Shown: positions 57,445-64,000 of the stretch, piece by piece
Position numbering within the stretch: position 1 is the first letter of the stretch
Layout of the letters: each line of letters starts with the position of its first letter
Assembly: GCA_951406725.2 (NCBI GenBank)
Contig: OX597827.1
Span: forward strand, 7,998,001-8,062,000
Direction: 5' to 3'
DNA length: 64,000 nt
Origin: Octopus vulgaris
Lineage: Eukaryota
The notes under the pieces: model-generated
The model's input: only the letters and a program-made list of their open reading frames with translations
What the model was told of the DNA's origin: nothing
Database searches by the model: none
Position numbers and translations under genes: made by a program

Positions 57445-58050
57445 CTCTCTTTTACTTATTTCAGTCATTTGACTGTGGCCATGCTAAAGCACCGGCTTTA
57501 GTTGAGCAAATCGAGCCCAGGACTTATTCTTGTAAGCCTAGTACTTATTCTATCGGTCTTTTTTTCCCAAACTGCTAAGTTATGGGGACGTAAACACACC
57601 AGCATTGGTTGTCAAGCGATATTGTGGGGACAAACACAGAAACACAAACATATACACACACACATACATGCATACATATATATATATATATATATATGTG
57701 ACTGCGTGTGTACCGTTGTCGATTTTTTTCCTTTGTCTTCCCTTCTCTGGATCTTTCCTTCTCCTATGTTTCCGACGAAGAGCTCCGCTCGAAACGTTAA
57801 ACCCTCCTTCTTTCCTGAGCGTCCAATAATACTATATTTGTTCCATGTCCTCACATTGTTGTGTTTTTTTGTGCTTTCATGTTTGGATTACCTATAAATA
57901 TATATACTTACACATATATACGACAGGCTTCTTTCAGTTTCAGTCTACCAAATTCACTCACAAGGCTTTGGTCGGCCCGAGGCTATATTAGAAGACACTT
58001 GCCCAAGGTGCCATGTAGTGGGACTGAACCTGGAACCATGTGGTTGGTAA
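57445..58050 (-). mobile_element. SINE family A with a 200-bp insert in its central microsatellite
   Basis: Both halves of the SINE flank 57697-57896. Confidence 0.88.
57697..57896 (+). mobile_element. (TA)n-embedded short element with a minimal hammerhead-like motif (Penelope pLTR / retrozyme-like)
   Basis: gttt-CCGACGA-a-gagc-tcc-gctc-GAAA-cg-TT-aaac at 57768-57802. Confidence 0.55.
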
Positions 58051-59480
58051 TGCCACCTTAGTATCAAAAGTAATATTCTAAAATAAAATATTTCAGATTT
58101 TGGCATCTCTCAGCTTAGGATATTTAAACAATATCCCTTAAATCATAGACTGAGTTTCATAAACAAAATGTTTATATTATGGAGAATGACATGGTATGTT
58201 TAACACATTTCAAAAATAAATTAGATGCCAATTACCATTTGTAATGAAGAAAAGCATGCAGAAGGTTATTTAGTCATAAGATATGTGTTGCAATGGCATA
58301 ATGCAAAGTTTAAATGTGTATGTGGATAGCTATTGTGGATAAAGATTCTTCTTTCTGGGTCGATAAATTAAGTACCAGTTATGCACTGGGGTCGATGTAA
58401 TCGACTTAATCCCTTTATCTGTCCTTGTTTGTCTCCTCTATGTTTAGCCCCTTGTGGGCATTAAAGAAATAAGAGTTTTAACAATACTGAAGAGTTCTTT
58501 GTCCTTGCCAAAATGAACCCAATTTAATTAAAAGGTATTTTATATTCTTAAACACATTAAGGTGTAACAAATCCATTTCTTTTCCTATTTTTATGATATA
58601 TGTGGGACACCTGATCATTAGCATCTCTTAGTATGTATCATTTTGATCAGTTTTAAGTGGAAAATCCTGACCATGAGGTCACACCACATTTGCAAATGTA
58701 TATTTGCTTTTGGAAGGATCTTTTTTTGAATTTATTTTCATCTGAAATTATTGGTGAAAGCAATGGAGATTTGTGGGTGGCTGAAATGGTGAACATATAT
58801 CAGTTCATTCAGCATTTGTTCAGGCATTTATCAAGAGCTACTAGTAAAACTAGGAGGAATATGTAATGAACAGAAGGTGCATGCATACATATGGATGTGT
58901 GTGTGTGTGTGAATTTTTATGTATAAATATATATATTTATATATATATATATATATATATATAAACTCATACATACATAATCATCCTTATCATCATCATT
59001 TAACGTCCGCTTTCCATGCTAGCATGGGTTGGACGATTTGACTGAGGTCTGGCGAACCAGACTCCAATCTGATCTGACAGAGTTTCTACAGCTGGACGCC
59101 CTTCCTAATGCCAACCACTCCAAGAGTGTAGTGGGTGCTTTTATGTGCCAGTCAGGCGGTACTGGCAACGACCACGCTTTGGAAATTTAGAAACAGATTT
59201 ACTTTACTCCATTCAAGGATTTGTGCTTGCAATGTTTTTCTGTCTGTGCCAGTAGAATTCACTTCATGAAAATATTGCTGCATCATAAGGTTCTGTCCTA
59301 TTATGGATGAAGCAATAAAGTTAGTTAATCAATGCTGTTGGAAGGGTTTATACTGTACACACATTCTAATCAATATAAACTGCTTCCGTATATGACTTCT
59401 CCATGAAGATGTAAAGTCAGTTACTAGAAACGTTTGCACCACCTGCATAGAGGTATGCTCTAACCCTTTTGTTACTAGGG

Positions 59481-59704
59481 AAGTGATTTTCAACCAGGGT
59501 TCCGCGGAACCTTAGGGTTCTGCCAGTACAGTCCAGGGGTTCCACAAGAAGTTAAAAAACTGCTAAAATCGACAGTAATTTTTAATTCTCCTGTGCAGAT
59601 ATATGTGCATAAGACAATTAGATTATTGCACAGGGGTTCCTCGAGCCAGTGGAACGTTTCCTTGGGGTTCCGCTTCAGCAAAAAATTTGAAAAGCATTGT
59701 ACTG
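59481..59704. mobile_element. hAT-type MITE
   Basis: Repeated ggggttcc subterminal motifs; 8-bp TSD tactaggg at 59473-59480 and 59705-59712. Confidence 0.75.
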
Positions 59705-60166
59705 TACTAGGGGGTGCTGCTAAGGGGGAAGCAACATCGTTGCCAGTTGCTGTTTCTCAAACAGCCAAGAGTCTTAAGGCTCTTTTCCCCATCCTGTTAA
59801 AATGTAGTAAACCATTCCATCTACTCATGTAATAATGGTAATCTTGTTGAAGATTTCAGTTAGCATGTTTAACACATGTAGCTTGGCATGGAAATAGGAC
59901 ATGCAGATGAAATTTACAAAGTAGTCCTCATTAACATTAAAAAACAACTCCATGTGGTAAATGGTGATGAACCTCTCTCAGTTTAAAGACAGTGAAGTCA
60001 CTCTTTTGGCACCAAGTGAACTGTGATCACCACTGGTTTTATGATAGAGACGTTCTCTATTAAAATGAACTGAATTAAATATTCCACAAAAATCAGATGT
60101 TTATTCGTATTCCAAACACCATCTTTATAATGAGAAAGTGAAACATGTAGTGTTTTGCAGGATTAT

Positions 60167-60581
60167 ACTCTTTTTACTCTTTTACTTGTTTCGGTTATTT
60201 GACTGCGGCCATGCTGGAGCACCGCCTTTAGTCGACCAAATCGACCCCGGGACTTATTCTTTGTAAGCCCAGTACTTATTCTATCGGTCTCTTTTGCCGA
60301 ACCGCTAAGTGACAGGGACGTAAACACACCAGCATCGGTTGTCAAGCAATGCTAGGGGGACAAACACAGACACACAAACATACATGCACACATACATATA
60401 TATACATATACATTTATACGACAGGCTTCTTTCAGTTTCCGTCTACCAAATCCACTCACAAGGCATTGGTCAGCCCGGGGCTATAGCAGAAGACACTTGT
60501 CCAAGATGCCACACAGTGGGACTGAACCCAGAACCATGTGGTTGGTTAGCAAGCTACTTACCACACAGCCACTCCTGTGCC
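60167..60581 (-). mobile_element. SINE family A, young copy
   Basis: Reverse complement of the consensus. Confidence 0.92.
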
Positions 60582-60690
60582 TGTAGTAACAAAATGGTTA
60601 ACAACATGGATTTTTAGCTTAGGAAAGGATCCCTAATAATATTACTAAGCAAATAGATCAAATGTAGAAATCATATCTCAAGACCTCTGG

Positions 60691-60990
60691 CTAAGAAATC
60701 TTGAGCCACAAAAACTACTAATCTTATTGAGTGCACTAAAGGAGAGGATGCAATTATACCTGAACTTCACTTCATATCAACCAATACGTTCTTTTGAATT
60801 AGAAGACTTCAGTTTCCAGTACACATAGGCTTTGACACGTCAATCAATAAATCCCAAAGAAATGCAATTGCTGGGCTACCTTTTAAAGAATCCTGCTTTG
60901 CTCATGGCCAATTTTTTGGAAGATGCATAACATTTTTCCTTATGGTTCTGCTAATAAAATCAAGAACAGTGTGTATCCTGAAATGCTGGC
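60691..60990 (+). pseudogene. Helitron Rep/Hel relic: PIF1-family helicase C-terminus
   Basis: LRNLEPQKL, then KGEDAIIPELHFISTNTFF*IRRLQFPVHIGFDTSINKSQ...AGLPFKESCFAHGQFF, then KNSVYPEML. These match Helitron helicase motifs LRNL, RLQFPV...INKSQGQ, CFSHGQLY and KNIVYPE in order. Confidence 0.85.
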
Positions 60991-61100
60991 AAGACTGGTC
61001 AGAATACCTAAGGCCATGATAAGTATAGATCTAATAACAAAGTGAGAGTCTTTACATCTCTTTGTATCAATGAGTGTGTTATTCCTGGCAGTATTTGGAT

Positions 61101-61515
61101 ACTCTTTTACTCTTTCACTTGTTTCAGTCATTTGACTGTGGCCATGCTGGAGCACCGCCTTTAATCGAGCAACTCGACCCATGGACTTATTCTTTTGTAA
61201 GCCCAGTACTTATTCTATCGGTCTCTTTTGCTGCTAACCGCTAAGTAACGGGGACATAAACACACCAGCATCAATTGTCAAGCAATGCTAGGGGGACAAA
61301 CACAGACACACAAACACACACATGCACATATATATATATATATATATATACATATATACGACGGGCTTCTTTCAGTTTCCGTCTACCAACTCCACTCAAG
61401 GCTTTGGTTGGCTCGAGGCTATAGTAGAAGACACTTGTCCAAGGTGCCACGCTGTGGGACTGAACCCGGAACCATGTGGTTGGTAGACAAGCTACTAACC
61501 ACACAGCCACTCCTG
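61101..61515 (-). mobile_element. SINE family A, young copy
   Basis: Reverse complement of the consensus. Confidence 0.92.
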
Positions 61516-62080
61516 GATGTGTGGAATTCCTCCAGATTTTTCTGGTTTCCTCACATTATAAGGAGAATTTATTTCTATGGGAAGTTAAACTCCAAATACT
61601 GATTTCTACCCATTTTTGAAATACTTTCAGAATTAAAAATTGCAGAAATAAATCATATATTATATTCACCAATAGCTTCAAGTGAAATATAACTTTTACC
61701 CGACTCCCTTAAACCTGTGTTTTTACTGAACATACCAGAATTAGCCATATATCACTCGCAAAATTGAATTGTGAAATATGCAATTCAAACTAAGAGGATA
61801 TTTGTGGCACAATGCATGAAACACCAGACAGCTACAAACATAGCTTGGAAAACAATTTCATTTCTTACAGGAAATTTAGCTTTTCAAGAGAAATCCCCCA
61901 ATCCAGGGATCTTATGCTGAACCAAATATGTCTGCATTAAAAACGAGTCACTGCCATTTAATTGTATATATATATATATATCCTTGGTAAAACATAATTC
62001 CCAAAAAATAACGCACTCTAAGTTATAGAGCACTATATTATATAAATTATATATACACATACAGATATATATATATATAT

Positions 62081-62483
62081 ACTCTTTTACTCTTTTACTT
62101 GTTTCAGTCATTTGACAGCGGCCATGCTGGAGCACCGCCTTTAGTCGAGCAAATCGACCCCGGGACTTATTCTTTGTAAGCCCAGTACTTATTCTATCGG
62201 TCTCTTTTTGCCGAACCGCTAAGTGACGGGGGACGTAAACACACCAGCATCGGTTGTCAAGCAATGCTAGGGGGGACAAACACAGACACACAAACACATA
62301 CACACACATATACATTTATACGACAGGCTTCTTTCAGTTTCCGTCTACCAAATCCACTCACAAGGCATTGGTCGGCCCGGGGATATAGCAGAAGACACTT
62401 GCCCAAGATGCCATGCAGTGGGACTGAACCCGGAACCGTGTGGCTGGTTAGCAAGCTACTTACCACACAGCCACTCCAGCGCC
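62081..62483 (-). mobile_element. SINE family A, young copy
   Basis: Reverse complement of the consensus. Confidence 0.92.
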
Positions 62484-62681
62484 TATAGGTATATTGTCAT
62501 GTCAAGAGTTAGTTAGATTGGTGAGTAAGTAATTTCTATATGAGGTGCCACATAACAAATGATTAGAATGTAAAATCTTATTCAATTCAAAGAGCCAACA
62601 TATGCTGAAAAATAAGCAAGATATCCTGACATTTTTATAATTTTGAGATGATTTATTACTAAAGCAGTTTAGCCTACTCAC

Positions 62682-62761
62682 CTATGTTTTGCATTTTTAT
62701 ATATATTTGTTAGATGATTGATGAATGTTCTTAAAACTTCTTCTGTTCAGATATATTTTAC
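62682..62761 (-). other. Candidate exon (VKYI*TEEVLRTFINHLTNIYKNAKH-R); acceptor uncertain (62761 or 62742)
   Basis: Strong donor tAG|GTGAGT (62681-62676); ends in phase 2, compatible with the exon starting at 48191. Confidence 0.35.
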
Positions 62762-63685
62762 CTGTTTAGTAATGATGATTAAATGTAAAAATTTAGTTGA
62801 TGGAGATGACAAAAATTCATTTAAAACTAAATATACAACTGTTAAAATATTTTGTTTATCTAATTTTGAAATTTGAATTTACAATTTTGGTACAGAGAAT
62901 GAAAAAATATGTATATGATAAAAACTCCATATTTATATTTAAGCAATAATATTGATGCAGAAATAACAGTTCTATGAAAAAAAAAAAAAAAAAATCACAG
63001 TAGTGAGCACAGTTTCAGAATTATTTTTCAAACAGAAGTACATGGCCTGAATGGGACTAGCAAAGTAATATATTTTAATTTAAATATTTTAAAGAAAATT
63101 ATTATACAATTGCTACAGTATTTACATACTGGATATTTCCTACATATTAATGTAGCTACAGAATGAGGAATTAATATTTTATTGTGAATTTCTGAATATG
63201 AAACTTTTAGTTTTAGTTTAAACACAAATCATTGTTGTTTGATCTATAATCTATATAGTTGCCTTATAGTTTATATTTGTCACTTATTATTCGGATTTGG
63301 TTTATTTTATTATCTGAAAATGTGTTCTGTTTATTGAATAGTGCTTAATGTAATAGCAACAAAATAAAAATAACCATCATAATGTACGTTATTTGTATAT
63401 TTTGTATTAACTTAATTATGGAGTAAAGTTAAATTTTAGATGATATAAACTAAATTCCAGAATATATCTTTTAACTGTGTTTTTTTTTTTCATTCAAATA
63501 TTTCCCATTTTCATATGAGTCAAATAACAAAAAAATATAATAACAATAATAAAAGAATAAAAAAAGCAATAGTAAAGAACTGAGATATAGAAAGCATGCA
63601 AACAAAAGGAGAATACAAAAAGGAAAATACATGATATATAAAATATAATTCACAATTACCAGTATGAAGATTGATGTTTACATAT

Positions 63686-63757
<72 letters not shown>

Positions 63758-64000
63758 GTATGTGTATATATGTGTGTATATATATGTGTATATATATATA
63801 TGTATATATATGCATATATGTATATATACATGTATATATATATATATGTACATATGCACATATATATATGTATATATATACATATATATATATCCATGTA
63901 TATATATGTATACATATGTATGCATATATATATATATATACATATGTAAATATATATATATATATATACGCATATAAATATGCATACATATATATACATA

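Overview
AT-rich eukaryotic DNA, almost certainly from an octopus (genus Octopus). This is inferred from very dense (TACA)n, (CA)n, (TA)n, (AAT)n and (GAT)n microsatellites and from tRNA-headed SINE families that resemble the octopus OK/OR SINEs as I recall them. Almost every ORF in the supplied track is a microsatellite or SINE artefact, and I found no intact, recognisable protein-coding gene. Supported content: (i) at least five SINE families in dozens of copies, several with clear target-site duplications (TSDs); (ii) piggyBac-, hAT- and Tc1-type MITEs, often nested; (iii) decayed coding relics of a Tx1-type LINE, two CR1-type LINE 3' ends, an RTE-type LINE and a Helitron PIF1 helicase; (iv) a CpG-rich promoter-like island at about 37-38.2 kb with a chain of minus-strand candidate exons that have good splice sites but no ORF (long 5' UTR or lncRNA); (v) two more minus-strand candidate exons (62.7 kb and 48.2 kb) that splice in frame and each sit next to an in-frame stop. 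The best leads are a mirror-symmetric array of young SINEs spanning the putative 14.5-kb intron, the in-frame stops, a minimal hammerhead-ribozyme-like motif and a 40-bp fold-back hairpin. None amounts to a demonstrated new system; all are hypotheses from reading the sequence by eye, and family names come from memory, not database searches.
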